This document shows, piece by piece, positions 34,827 through 47,069 of a stretch of 64,000 nucleotides of DNA. The first letter of the stretch is position 1; every line of letters starts with the position of its first letter. The translations under genes and the position numbers were made by a program. The DNA is from Lytechinus pictus (taxonomy: Eukaryota): positions 23,250,001-23,314,000 of the forward strand of contig NC_087255.1 of assembly GCF_037042905.1 (NCBI RefSeq). Reading direction: 5' to 3'. A model generated the notes under the pieces. It saw nothing but the letters and a program-made list of their open reading frames with translations, was not told the origin of the DNA and did no database searches.

Positions 34827-36502
34827 CCCTTTGCGTGCGGACCCGCGAATCCCGATACCTCTCCCTGCGGCGGAGCCGTTTTGGTACATTGCTGGTATTT
34901 GGATCTGTGGCGGTGTTTTCCCAATCAATTGCTAATTGCGCCAAACTGATGTATTTTCAGGATTTTTAGTAAATGTAAAGATGAAAGATCAGACATTTTT
35001 CTTTCTAGAAATACAGGTTTCGCTTCTCAAATCAACAGAATAATTAAGAAATTTATGAGGAAAAAGTCGTGTTATTTTGTAAAAGCTTCGCTTTTCCCCC
35101 AAGTCAATAGGCACTGTGTACAAAAATGCGTAAGGGCAATCAGCACGCGCGGACAGGTCGGGTTCGATCGATACCGCTTTGTTGTCTGCTCTAGTGCTTT
35201 TTTTCATTGCCTATTGTCCCGCTACTCATGAATTGTCTCTTTACCTCCTTGTAGAGAGATCATTTGCAAAGTGTATAATTACAACGATAATCCGTTTTGG
35301 GTGAAATCACAGCATACCATATACCTTTATTTTCCAGAATGAACAAAAAAGCGCGAATTTTCCCTTGCAAGTGCGATGATGATGCCGCGCAACGAAAGTC
35401 CGAAACTATTTTGTGATTTTTGGGGGGCTTCAAGACGGTGGCCTCAACGTTTCACTAAATATCGTCTTTGGTATCTTTTCATAAATTAGGGTTTGTATTA
35501 AAAAAAAACAATTTTGTTCCTGAAGATTACATACCAGTATTCGATATGTTTTCCGTTGCAATTTCAAAGAGTGAAGGGTGTAAATAAGTTTCAAATTATA
35601 TAGAGGATCTGAAATCATACCTCCCAACGCTCTCCTCGTCTCGTTCTACGTTTCATTTTTCTTATCTTCTTTTTCCCTCCAAAATAACCATGCTACCGAC
35701 TACTGTTCGTCACAATGAGAGAAAGTAAATTATTTTCATCTAATTAAATTGTAACATCTAAATTAAAAGTGTTTTATTATGTTCCTCCATTTTATTAATT
35801 TTTTAACCGCTCTGGTTTTTTTCACAATCGAAAACAAAATTAATAAATAAATCATGAAAAATTTGTATCATTTTTTGTCTCTTTCTTTTTAATCGTTCAA
35901 TTAAAACAGTACAGGGGTGTTGGAGTTGGTAGGAGGCGGGAGTCCACCCCCTCCCCTTCAGGAAACGTATACAAAAAGGGGAAGTATTTCTTTTTTTATA
36001 AAGTGCTGTCATGCTCAAGAAGAAAACGTTCTTGCCATTTCTTAAGCGCCTGCATGGTTTGTCAATAAACAAGTAGACATTTACGTTGTTTAAATGTTAC
36101 TGTCGTAATATGAAAAGCAGTATTCCTAAGAGCTTTTTGTACTGCTAAATACGAAAAGCAGTAGGTCATCCTGACGAAATCACTAATCTTCATTTTATTC
36201 AGGGCGTTGGCTATTTGTTCCCTGCTCTTTTTATAAGGGATTTGTTTTAGCGTCCGCCATGCCTTTCTTTTGTTTGGGGAGTGCCGAGATCAAGAACTAC
36301 AAGGACGTTTTCATTTTCGAAAGAGTAGAGGATAAACGGTGTTCTAAATTGCTTTATTCTCTATTTATTTCCTTTGAAATATAAAGAAGACAAAAATAAT
36401 AGCAATAAGATGAGAGAATGAAAGAACGCAGGGGGGGGGGTGGGATTCAAAGTGCACCAGGGGCTATGGAAAGCTACTGAAATCATTATATGTGACTGGC
36501 AG

Positions 36503-36538
<36 letters not shown>

Positions 36539-39490
36539 GGGGGGGGTTATTGCGCATTTGTCAATATAAAGTGTAGTAGTCTACATGTATTTAAATATAT
36601 GTATTTTAAAACGGTACCAAGGGATTGTTTTTTCGTTTTCCCTTTCCCTGGTTATTATCTACCGCTTTCATTCCCTTTCCTATATCTAATGTATTTCTAT
36701 ATCCCCTCCCCTCTTAGTTCTTCTCATTTCAATGATATATGTATCGTCTTCCTTTTCCCCGATTTGGATTACGAGGTATATACCCGCCCCATCCCCCTCT
36801 ATCCATTCTCTCTGATTTATTTCTTCTCAGTTCCTGTCATTTTACATTACTTCTAACTCCCCCCCCCCCTCTCTCTCTCTTTCTCTCTCTTCATCGGAAA
36901 TCGTTCCGAGAGTATGCCTCGATTTTGCCAACTTGTATTGATCAGAGATTGTTGCATTTGTGAGCCTCTCATCCTATTGCATCGTGGCCATCATGTCGAA
37001 AATTTAGGGGGGTTTTCTCCCAGGTTCTCAAAAAAAGTCCCGAAAAATCTTTTAAAACTACTACAGTATTGTAACTCTCATTTCACAATAAATTTTATAT
37101 CATCTACCATTTCCAATAACGTGGGTAGATATCTATCGCAAAAGAAAATGCACGACTAATTTATTTTTTGTGAACTTGGGGCTTAAGGATATGGCAAGAC
37201 AGAGGCCTCCATCTTTCACTAAAAGTCATTTTTTTAAAGATTTTTTTTCGTAAATTATATGTCTCAATTAATTCAATTTGCCACGCAGCTATTGTAATAG
37301 TAAAATAATTTTCTTCCTGAAGTTTGCGCACCAGTATTCGATTTGTAATATCCTGAAATTATTTCAAAGTTACACGAGTACGAGTGACTAAAATTGTAAG
37401 TCTGAAATCATACCTCCCGACTCTCTCCTTGTCACTTTCTACGTTTCTTTCTTTATTTTACTTTTCCCTAAAAAAGAGCCATGCTAGCAACTACTAAAAG
37501 TAAGAGAAATGATTTTTTCTTGAATAAATTATAACATCTGCAATTAAAAGTGTTTTTTATTTGTTCTTTCGTTTTGTTCTATTTTTTATGTGTCTCCTTG
37601 ATTTCACAACCAAAAACACATGAAATAATCATGGTAATAAATAAATCATTAAAACAAATCATAATAGTAATAGTATGCAGCGCTTAGAAACATTTGTATT
37701 ATAATTGCTATATAAATGTTGCATGTTATTATTATTATTATTATAATATAATTCACTTTTGCCTCTATCGTTTTAATCGTTCAATCTAATAGTACAGAAG
37801 CGGCGGAGTTGGTAGGAAGTTTCAGTCCTCTCCCCTTCAGCAAACATGTACAAAAAATCCGAAGTCTATATAAATTTGTAATTTTTCTTTTAGCCGGTGC
37901 ACTCCCTCCAACTATCGGCTCAACCCCTCCATTATCAAAAACGCTCAGCGGCCCCTGTTTTTTTATGTAAGAAATAAGATATTTCGGTTTTGATGCTAAC
38001 CAGGGTAAGCGACCCAAATGTTTGTTTGCAGTAACGGGAACAAAAACGGGTGGGTCGGATTTTTTCTAAATGAATCTTTTCTACCACGCTTTTCGCCGGT
38101 TAAAAAAAAATTAAGAAATTGGCGAAAAAAAAACCAGAAAATCGGAGAGAGGAGACAAACAAGCAATATTAGAGTGCAGGTCAGAACATTTCTATCTGGA
38201 GGGGGAAGGGGTATGTCAAACAAGAATAAAAAAAAAAAAAGTCATCAGTTTGACAAGGGTCTGAAGACCGAGTTGCGACAAACAAACGTTGTGGGATTTT
38301 TTTTAGTAATCTATAACCAAAAATAAAGTCATGTTGTTATTCGTTTAAGTGGATATTCATGGATTTTAGCAAAGCGCACTTGTCTATTAACCCTTTTATT
38401 CTCTGTCTCTCATTCTCTCTCGTTCTCCGTGACATCTGAACATTTTTTTCTACAATTTCCCTAAATGGTTCTTCTTTCATCCTTATATGCATCATCACCA
38501 AGGGGAAGCGCTTTGAATCACTGACGGATGTCATAAGCACCTACGAGTTGTTGGTAAATGAGACAAAGTTTGTTGTTTTTAGTTCCGGTATGTTGGTCGA
38601 AATAAAAAAAAGTATTCATAAAAGCTTTTTGTATTGCTAAGTACGAAAAGCATTCAATAAGTCATCCTCTCGATAAACACTAATCTTCCTTTTGTTCGGG
38701 GCGTTGACCATCTGTATCCTGCTCTTTTCGGAAGGATTTTGTTTGAGTGGCCGCCCTGACCTTCTTTTGTTCGGGTAGTGCGGATATCATGAAAAACATG
38801 GACGTTTTCCTTTTGAAAACAGCATAAGATGAATGGTGCGCTAAACTGCTTTATTTTCTCTTTTTTTTTTACAGAATAGTAGACAAAAATAATGAGAAGA
38901 AGAGAGATGATTATAGTGAAAAAGTTCAAAAGTGTACCGAGATCAGCTCAAAGTACTAAGACATTACTCTCGTACAAGCTTTTCTGTTTTTCTGAAAATA
39001 CAATCGATCGATGAAACCGAGGAGATATCATTCTAGAGTGAAATCTCCTTGATGAAACAAATAATAAGACGGAAATGGTGAATAAACGCGTAGCTTATTA
39101 CGTGACGATCTTGCAGAAAAGATGTTGGTGTACGATATGGATCAAATCACGTGATCCGAACATGTCACGTGATCAGGCCTTTTGCGCGCGCGTACGTGCA
39201 CGTCACCAAATTTATTCGTCCCCGTCTGAATCCAACGCAAAAATCGGGTAAAGTTGAAATGATTTCCTATTTTCGGGATTTTTCCCCACGTAGCTGTATA
39301 TTTTTTTCATTCTGTTATCGAAATAGGTTTATAAAGGAAATAATGGCAGAGGTTTTAGTACATAACAATTACGAAAAAGCTGAAAAACTTCATCGAATTA
39401 GACCAAAAAAATTTCGGCTTCTGTAGAAGCCCGTCGTAGCTAAGTGAACAACTCGCTGGGCTTCTGTGGAAGCCCGTCGCACGCAAAGGG
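34827..39490. mobile_element. 4.66-kb non-autonomous piggyBac-like element
   Basis: TTAA TSD on both sides, perfect 13-bp TIR CCCTTTGCGTGCG, subterminal repeats ggcttctgt(a/g)gaagcccgtcg (39416, 39459); internal duplication (about 35490-36420 vs 37330-38910); no transposase ORF. Confidence 0.85.
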
Positions 39491-39979
39491 TTAATCAAGT
39501 AAATTAGTCATTCCATTCAGTTCTATGCATTTAATTCGCAATTAGGACAAATATGATTGGTATTTAGGTATGATTACATATGCATAGGGACTTGATCATA
39601 AAATGAATATACAGAGTTGAAATAGAGAAAGCAATACGAAACAACGAACAACACTGGTTTTCATTTTCCTGTCGATTGATAGATATTCATGCGTAAAATA
39701 TGCTGGAAATATCATGCTGATATATTATCTCTCAATCGTCATGAAAATTTGAATACAATGACCCTAGATCCCCTACCCTCCCCCTCCCCCTATTTTTCAA
39801 TTTCTAATGTTGTATGTGTGTGCTACTCCTGGGCCCCTTCTTACAAAGAGTTGCGATTGATCCCATTTCCCTGATCGATCCAATCAACATCAACTAAATG
39901 GATATCTATGGAAATTTGCACATCGGGACCCGGGCCACCATAAATAAATTCCGTTATGATGACAAACGTAGAGAGGCAC

Positions 39980-40313
39980 TAGAAATATCTTTCTCACGAT
40001 ACAACCGTTTTGGGAAATGCCTCACACCTAGCACACAACAATGGTTAAAAGCTACTGAGTCAACTAAATAAAAAGGGAATCGTCAAAGGAAAAAATGCAG
40101 TGTAAAGAAACCAAATATGGCGTTAGAATAAACAGCCCCTTGAACGTTATTGCATTGACAAGACGCCAAGGTAGTATATTCATAACATCACGTTACAAGA
40201 TTGGGTAAAGAGTACATGCTTTAAACAATATATTGCTGGCTTGTTACAACCTCCATGTATGCCGGGGTGGGGTGTAAATGCAATAAGATTTACATTGTTT
40301 TGTTAAAAGCTAC
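39980..40313 (+). promoter_or_regulatory. Conserved non-coding block with two GTTAAAAGCTAC motifs upstream of paralog 2
   Basis: Motifs at 40044 and 40302; patchy homology to 44910-45240. Confidence 0.5.
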
Positions 40314-40581
40314 GAGAGAAATGGCCTCCGTTCATTTTTGTGTCTTATTTTTTTTTGGTGAGAACGTTCAAATAAAGCACACTATATATCCACAAGACGT
40401 AGTGCTGACAGTTTTTGATGACCTGTCATTCTTACGAAGATATTGAAGAACATGAAAATGATAAAGATTATTGGTTGATGGTATAGATGGTGCTGCTACA
40501 AATGATAATGAAGGGGTGAGGGGTGAGGGGAGAAGGAGAATAAGGATGATAGGGGAGGGAGATGATTAATACTAAAATGTG

Positions 40582-40736
40582 NNNNNNNNNNNNNNNNNNN
40601 NNNNNNNNNNNNNNNNNNNNNNNNNNNNNNNNNNNNNNNNNNNNNNNNNNNNNNNNNNNNNNNNNNNNNNNNNNNNNNNNNNNNNNNNNNNNNNNNNNNN
40701 NNNNNNNNNNNNNNNNNNNNNNNNNNNNNNNNNNNN
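40582..40736. other. Assembly gap (others at 43187-43364, 53378-53630, 58685-58860)
   Basis: Runs of N. Confidence 1.
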
Positions 40737-41167
40737 AGGCCTAATGGTAATGGAGATACGAAAGTGATGGTGTGCTGGTGGTGACGATTATCATAATTCA
40801 ATATGATTATGTTGATGACCACAGTGACAATTATGATGAAAATGGTGATGAAATTCGGTGCAAATTTGAGATAGGGGTACATACTACCCCCATCGTTTTA
40901 GAAGGATAAGGGGGTGGTTGCAAAATAAAAAATGAAAATTGAAATATATCTATTCTTCATAAAAAAGTGCTCGGATGATTGACTATTATAATTCTCATGT
41001 TTTCATTTCTCAGCCTCCTATTGTGTTTGAGGTTGGATGCGTGTGTTTTTTTCGAGCGGGGAGTACGAGTACAAGTTCAAAGAACAAAAGTTGTTCCGAC
41101 GAAGATATATAACATAAATATTTGGTACAAATTAGGCTTATTCGTCATCACCCTATACCCTCACTAG

Positions 41168-41243
41168 GATATCATCTGATTTGAGTCTTCAGCAACTGTA
41201 ACTAGATTCGATCACCCCGTGGTTCACGGCATCTACATCAATC
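41168..41243 (+). other. Predicted 5'-UTR exon of LC8 paralog 2
   Basis: cactag acceptor, ATC|GTAAGT donor; in-frame stop, so non-coding. Confidence 0.65.
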
Positions 41244-41771
41244 GTAAGTGACTGAGATTTCAATGTTTTATAGTAGTCAGTTAAATCTCTCAATCGTATT
41301 TTCTATGCCAAAAAGAAGCAATTGTATCTTTATCAATCGCAAATGACATTTTAATGTTTTATATAGTAGTCAGATGAATCTCCCAATCGGACATTTCTAG
41401 ACATAAATGAATAATTTCGATTACAATAAGATTGCTAATAAAATTTTATAATAATAATTCAAACTGACAATAGTAATTTAAAATTAACAATTATATTTTT
41501 GCAGTACTAATCTCAATTAGAAATGATAATTACAATTCACAATGATAATTCTAATTACAGTATCAATTTGATCATTTTTAAAAGAAGCATATCGATAATG
41601 TCTTGATTCGAATTTTTCCTGAGAACCGTTGATCTAAAACTTACAATGAATTATATATGCACATACACTGCTTAGACTTCATTATTCCTTTTTTGGGTGG
41701 AAATTTAGTAGATCTTGAATCTTTTGTACAATGGCATCTTTATTATTGTAATATATTTTTTTAATTTCTAG

Positions 41772-42086
41772 ATGAGTCGCAGTGGTCGTAGTACCTTCAT
41801 GTCCGATGACAAGCGATCAGAAAAAGACAAACTTGTCGTTAAGAATGCTGACATGTCTGACGAAGACCAAGAGGATGCCATATCAGTTGCGCAGGAAGCG
41901 TTCGAGAAGTTTACCGTCGAGAAGGACATCGCCGCCCACATCAAGAAAGAGTTCGATAAGACCCACGAACCGACATGGCACTGCATCGTCGGGCGCAACT
42001 ACGGCAGCTACGTCACTCACGAGAAAGGCGGTTTCATCTACTTTTACATCGGTCAGAAAGCGATCCTGCTCTTCAAATCAGGATAG
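41772..42086 (+). CDS. DYNLL: Dynein light chain LC8-type, paralog 2 (104 aa)
   Basis: KNADM...[13 protein letters not shown]...[16 protein letters not shown]...ILLFKSG; acceptor ttctag|ATG. Confidence 0.96.
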   Translation: MSRSGRSTFMSDDKRSEKDKLVVKNADMSDEDQEDAISVAQEAFEKFTVEKDIAAHIKKEFDKTHEPTWHCIVGRNYGSYVTHEKGGFIYFYIGQKAILLFKSG

Positions 42087-43369
42087 GGGAAAAAATCAGC
42101 GAAATAGAATCAAGTAGCTGGAATCATTTTAGGTGCATATATGACTTTGGATGAAACTCTAGGTTGACGAAGATATTATAATAGAAAACAGAGGTAGATG
42201 GATGCTTTCTCTTCATGTGTTGCCGATGTAATATCACCGATTTATATTTATTTTAATAAGTTTTCAATTCAGATGATAAAGCATAGTTTATAATAATATA
42301 ATAATGATTTATATGTAACATAATATTTACAATTATCATCTATCATCCATCATCGTTAGGGCCAATATTCAACTCATCTGCGATTCGTGGAATATTTTCC
42401 CTAACTCATGGAATATTTATGGTATTCCATTCTGTGCCATCCAATATAATTTAATTATTGTATCATTTATTGTCTTAATTCAACAATAAGGAAATTAGAA
42501 GTATATTATATCACTTAAATTCTTGATATGAATCGCAGTGCAAAAATCAGATTACCCCTACTGTACAGAACCTAAAGAAAATGATAACAATCTGTGAATG
42601 GAAACAAAAAGAATAAATAAACAAATAAATAAATATATTGATTATGTAGTCTTATATCGATATTATAAGGAATTCGAATTTGAATGAATATTCTCCTGTA
42701 TTCAATTGTATAGTGCACTGCATCGTGCAGTTGAATAGGTTGAAAATTTTGCCCAATTATCTCGATATAGCTTTTAATATTATCTATTCCAATAAAGGAT
42801 ATAAACTGTTATTTTTTTTTTTGGTTGACAATTGGAGATTGGAAAAAAAATCGAAAGTTAATGGATCATCATTTTTTTAAAACATTATTATCATTGCGTT
42901 GCTATTATTGTTATTCTTCTTATAGTTATCATTCTTATTTTTATTACTGGTGTTGTTATTATTATTAATCAACTATTGTTACTCATTATATATTATCTAT
43001 TAACAGTCACTGTAATGTAACGAAATACAAAGAATTCGAGATCAAGCCCGAATGAAAAGAGAAACAGTTTGTTAATTTGATATGTTCAGTAAGGTATACT
43101 TTGGATATTTCATATGTTTTTTGTGTATCTTTGTATTGATATAATTAAGAGAAATCGCCCGAAAGGGTTTAATCAAGACAGATCTGNNNNNNNNNNNNNN
43201 NNNNNNNNNNNNNNNNNNNNNNNNNNNNNNNNNNNNNNNNNNNNNNNNNNNNNNNNNNNNNNNNNNNNNNNNNNNNNNNNNNNNNNNNNNNNNNNNNNNN
43301 NNNNNNNNNNNNNNNNNNNNNNNNNNNNNNNNNNNNNNNNNNNNNNNNNNNNNNNNNNNNNNNNAGTAG

Positions 43370-43600
43370 ATTCGTTAGATTTGCTTTATGATTTTTTCTT
43401 AGGTTTGATGCGCTGATTAGTCAGTTTTTAGACGATTGACTGACAAATTGATTGAGTGTTTGATTGATTAATTGATTGATTGATTGATTGACTGACTGAT
43501 TGATTGATTGATTGATATAGATTGAGTGAGTGATTGATTGATTAATTGGTTGGTTGATTGATTGAGTGAGTGAGTGAGTGAGAGAGAAAGAGAGAGAGAG
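43370..43600 (+). repeat. (TTGA)n/(GAGT)n microsatellite next to gap 43187-43364
   Basis: Directly visible. Confidence 0.9.
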
Positions 43601-44909
43601 TGTGTGTTTTTGTTATTGTTATTTGTTATTGGTTTTTGTTATTGGTATTATGGGTTATGATAATATTTGTTCGAAAAATTTATATCAAGATGTATATTAT
43701 TTCATTTGTTATATTGATGTATAAGTGTACTTCACTTTAATTTGCATACATGTATTTGATTTATTACCCTTGTACATGAAAAATGTAATAGTATCTGAAT
43801 AAAGGCTAAAAAAAGCAAGAAAAAAAAAATCGCGACCCGTTTGAGATAAGAATTTAAAAAAAAAAAAGTGTGTGTGTGTGTGAGTGAGGGAGAGCCAATA
43901 TAGAGAGGGGTGGGGTAAACGCCCATGTGATCTTCCAAGTACTGAACAAAGGAACAAAAATATATTACCAATAGGGGAAAAGAAGGATAAAAGAAGAAAA
44001 GGAATAAGAGGATATTAAAAAAGATATTCGAGTCGTGTAATTGTACAATATGGTTTGTCTCATTCCACCGGGCGTTTGCGTCGGGTAGGTTTGTCGCGTA
44101 ACCACACCTTTTTAGAAAAAGTCCCTCATAATTCCATATTGATTAAAGTATTTTGCTCAGTTGCTTCTATCGTTCGCATCTTTTTAGAAATTTTGTCTCA
44201 TATGCCATGTCTGCCCCCCCCCCCCCCCCCCTCCCCTCAGTTATTATTACGCCACTGGGCGTCCGTTATAGATTGTAAATCTGTATTCAATCCATGACAA
44301 TTTACGAAACAAACTGCAAGGATTAAGAAATTATGTAGATATTTTGAATGCGACAAGTCACAATACTCAGCTACAAAATACATTATCAAGAAGAGACACG
44401 ATGATTAACAGGCAAGCAAAATCACATTACTGCATGAATTGCATTATTTTCTCTTTTTAGAATTTTAAGAACTTCAAGTGAAATTTAATTGCTTGGATGG
44501 AGTGAAAGATTGATAATTCTATTCTGATAATTTCAATTCTATCTGATCACGGTTAAACAGGCTTAGGGTAAATTACCATGGCCGTACGCAAATTTTATTT
44601 TCCGGGGGGGGGGGGGGCAGGACGCATAAACATTTTTGAAGAAACTCAAAAGCGAGGGACTGAGCTTGTCATTGGGGGCAATTTTGCATTTTGTAAAGTG
44701 AATTCGAAGGATTTCATGCACACTTTTAATTTTTTTTTAATGTTCAGTAAAAAAATGTTAGTTTTCAAAATTTCTAGGGGCTAACTGCCCCCTGCCCCCC
44801 CCCCTCCGCTTAAGGCAATGGAAATTACCTTTTTTTCCTTTATAAACTCTTGTCATTTTCAAGTTTGCATTTCATCTCTTTCATAAGTATATCATAGTTA
44901 TTTTGAAGG

Positions 44910-45240
44910 AGAAATATCTTTCTCGCGGTATAATTATTTTATTCAATGTACATGGCGAACGTTACAGCCTCCAGTGCCAATTCAAAGAAAAGAATAGACT
45001 TTATACTAAAATTTTATAGATGACAATAATAAAAAATGGTGTTATAGAATAAAGCAACTCTTCACCTCAACCTTGTCAAGACGTCAAGGTTTTCCATTCA
45101 AAACACTTCTCCAAACAATCTGAAAAGGGTTCCCAAGACAGAATGTCCATACAGTGTTGTTTGTTAAAAGCTACGGCTAATATGAAGGATAATTTTTTTT
45201 TATAATATAGGTGATTATTGTTTTGTTAGAAGCTACGAAA
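44910..45240 (+). promoter_or_regulatory. Conserved non-coding block with GTTAAAAGCTAC / GTTAGAAGCTAC upstream of paralog 3
   Basis: Motifs at 45163 and 45225; homology to 39980-40313. Confidence 0.5.
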
Positions 45241-45603
45241 AAAAGTGACACCTTTTCATTTTTTATTTTCTCCTTTACTACGTGCAGATGATCAAACATT
45301 GGATAATGTTGTTGTTGCTGCTGTTTTTTCCAATAACTTTTTCAATTTTCCAAAGTACATCTTGCCTTTAAAATTGAATACGAGCTTCTCCCCCAATCTG
45401 CATTCCATCAAATTAAATGGGACTCTAAAGGTTTTTATGAGTATATTTTTTTTAAGAGAAGATGATAATTGAAAGTATTATCAAAATCGGACAAAGGATG
45501 AGAAATTCAAAACTTTGTTAAGTTGCAGGAAGTTGTACTTACAATACCCAAATGGGGATTTCAAATAAGCCACATGGTCCCTAGTAGCATATTATGGATA
45601 GTG

Positions 45604-45760
45604 TGGTCATGTGGTCTAGTGGTTAGAGCGTTGGACTCCTATAATCGTAAGGTTGAAAGTTCGAATCCCCGCTCTGTCATTGTCTCTACTTTGATTTAAA
45701 ATAAGACCCAAGAGCAATTTATGTCGTCTATAAGGTCAGCCGCTATATGCATGATGAACT
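45604..45760 (+). mobile_element. tRNA-derived SINE fragment
   Basis: gtggtctagtggttagagcg A box and gttcgaatccc B box without a closed cloverleaf. Confidence 0.7.
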
Positions 45761-47069
45761 ACGTAAAATGTTTCCTGACTACTCTTCTATTTTTGATACT
45801 CAAAATGGCCAAAGCATCCCCCCTTTTCCCCTCAAACACTTTTTACTCAGATTTTATTTCTTTTACGAGGACAGATTCGATTATGCAAGTTATGCGCAAA
45901 TTGATCTCTGAAACTATTACTCATGATCATGACAAAATCAGATTTTATAAGAAATTGTACTCATTGGTGATTTAACAAATCCGAGCTTTGAAGGGCAGGC
46001 CTACGTAACAACACTTAACTACACAAACCCAACGGTACCAAAGTTATTAAAAATATTATATTCAAGTTAGAAACAAAAGTAAAAAATAACAATTCAACGC
46101 CTTATCTCAGCACATTATATGAATTTTTCTTTTAAGTTATTAGCCTTTGTCAACAACAACAAGAAATCAATAAAAGTATAGATGATGTTAAGTCGAAAAA
46201 TCAATGTATTTCTTTAAAATTACAATATTCATTGTCTCAAGTAAAGTGGGGGCGTGCGAAATTATTTTCGGTCCTTTCTTTCATTTTTTTTTCCTGACAA
46301 TAATACGAATACTTTCTCAGTGAGTGAATATGGGGGCGTTGTCAGTCAACTTTCAAAGCCAAACCATGTTGTTGTGGGTTATCGAGCTGGGTGTAAAGTT
46401 GACCTTGAAATAAGAAAAGGTTTCATATCCGAACGCCGTGGGAACACTTCGAAAGGGTATTTGTCAATTCTTTTGTTTCCACCAATTGTTGCGTGAAAAT
46501 TCAAAAACGTTTGATATGGTTCAAGAAGGGCGTGTAAAAGGGCGAAAGATGAAATGAAATAGGTCCTATTGACCGTAGAGACTGACTTTCTTTTTATCTT
46601 TCATTTCAGTTAGAAAGTTTACCCCGATCCAGCGTAGTTTGATTTTCCCTAGCAAAGCCCTGTCATATCACTTCAGGTAAGAAACTAACTATTAGTATAG
46701 CGTTTTTACCACTTTTAAAGCTCATTTTACTTCATAATGTATATGATATTTACACAATGCTTAGTTTATCATCTATGAACCAAAGAAAGCAGAAGAAAAA
46801 CAAAAACATATTGCCTCTATATAAAAAAAATCAATCTTATGTTTCTGCTGACGTCGCATCAATCACAGCGATACAATGACCGACATTATGCTTTACACTG
46901 GGGAGCTGATAAGTTGGAGAGAATTTCCTAGAATTCTTTTTCATTGTGCTATACCCAAACTGATGTAATTCCGTTGACAATCTTGTGATTGGTTAAATGT
47001 TAGCTTTTATGAATAAACAAAAAATAGGATTTTGACATGATTTAGGCAATATCGTTTCTCTTTAACAGG

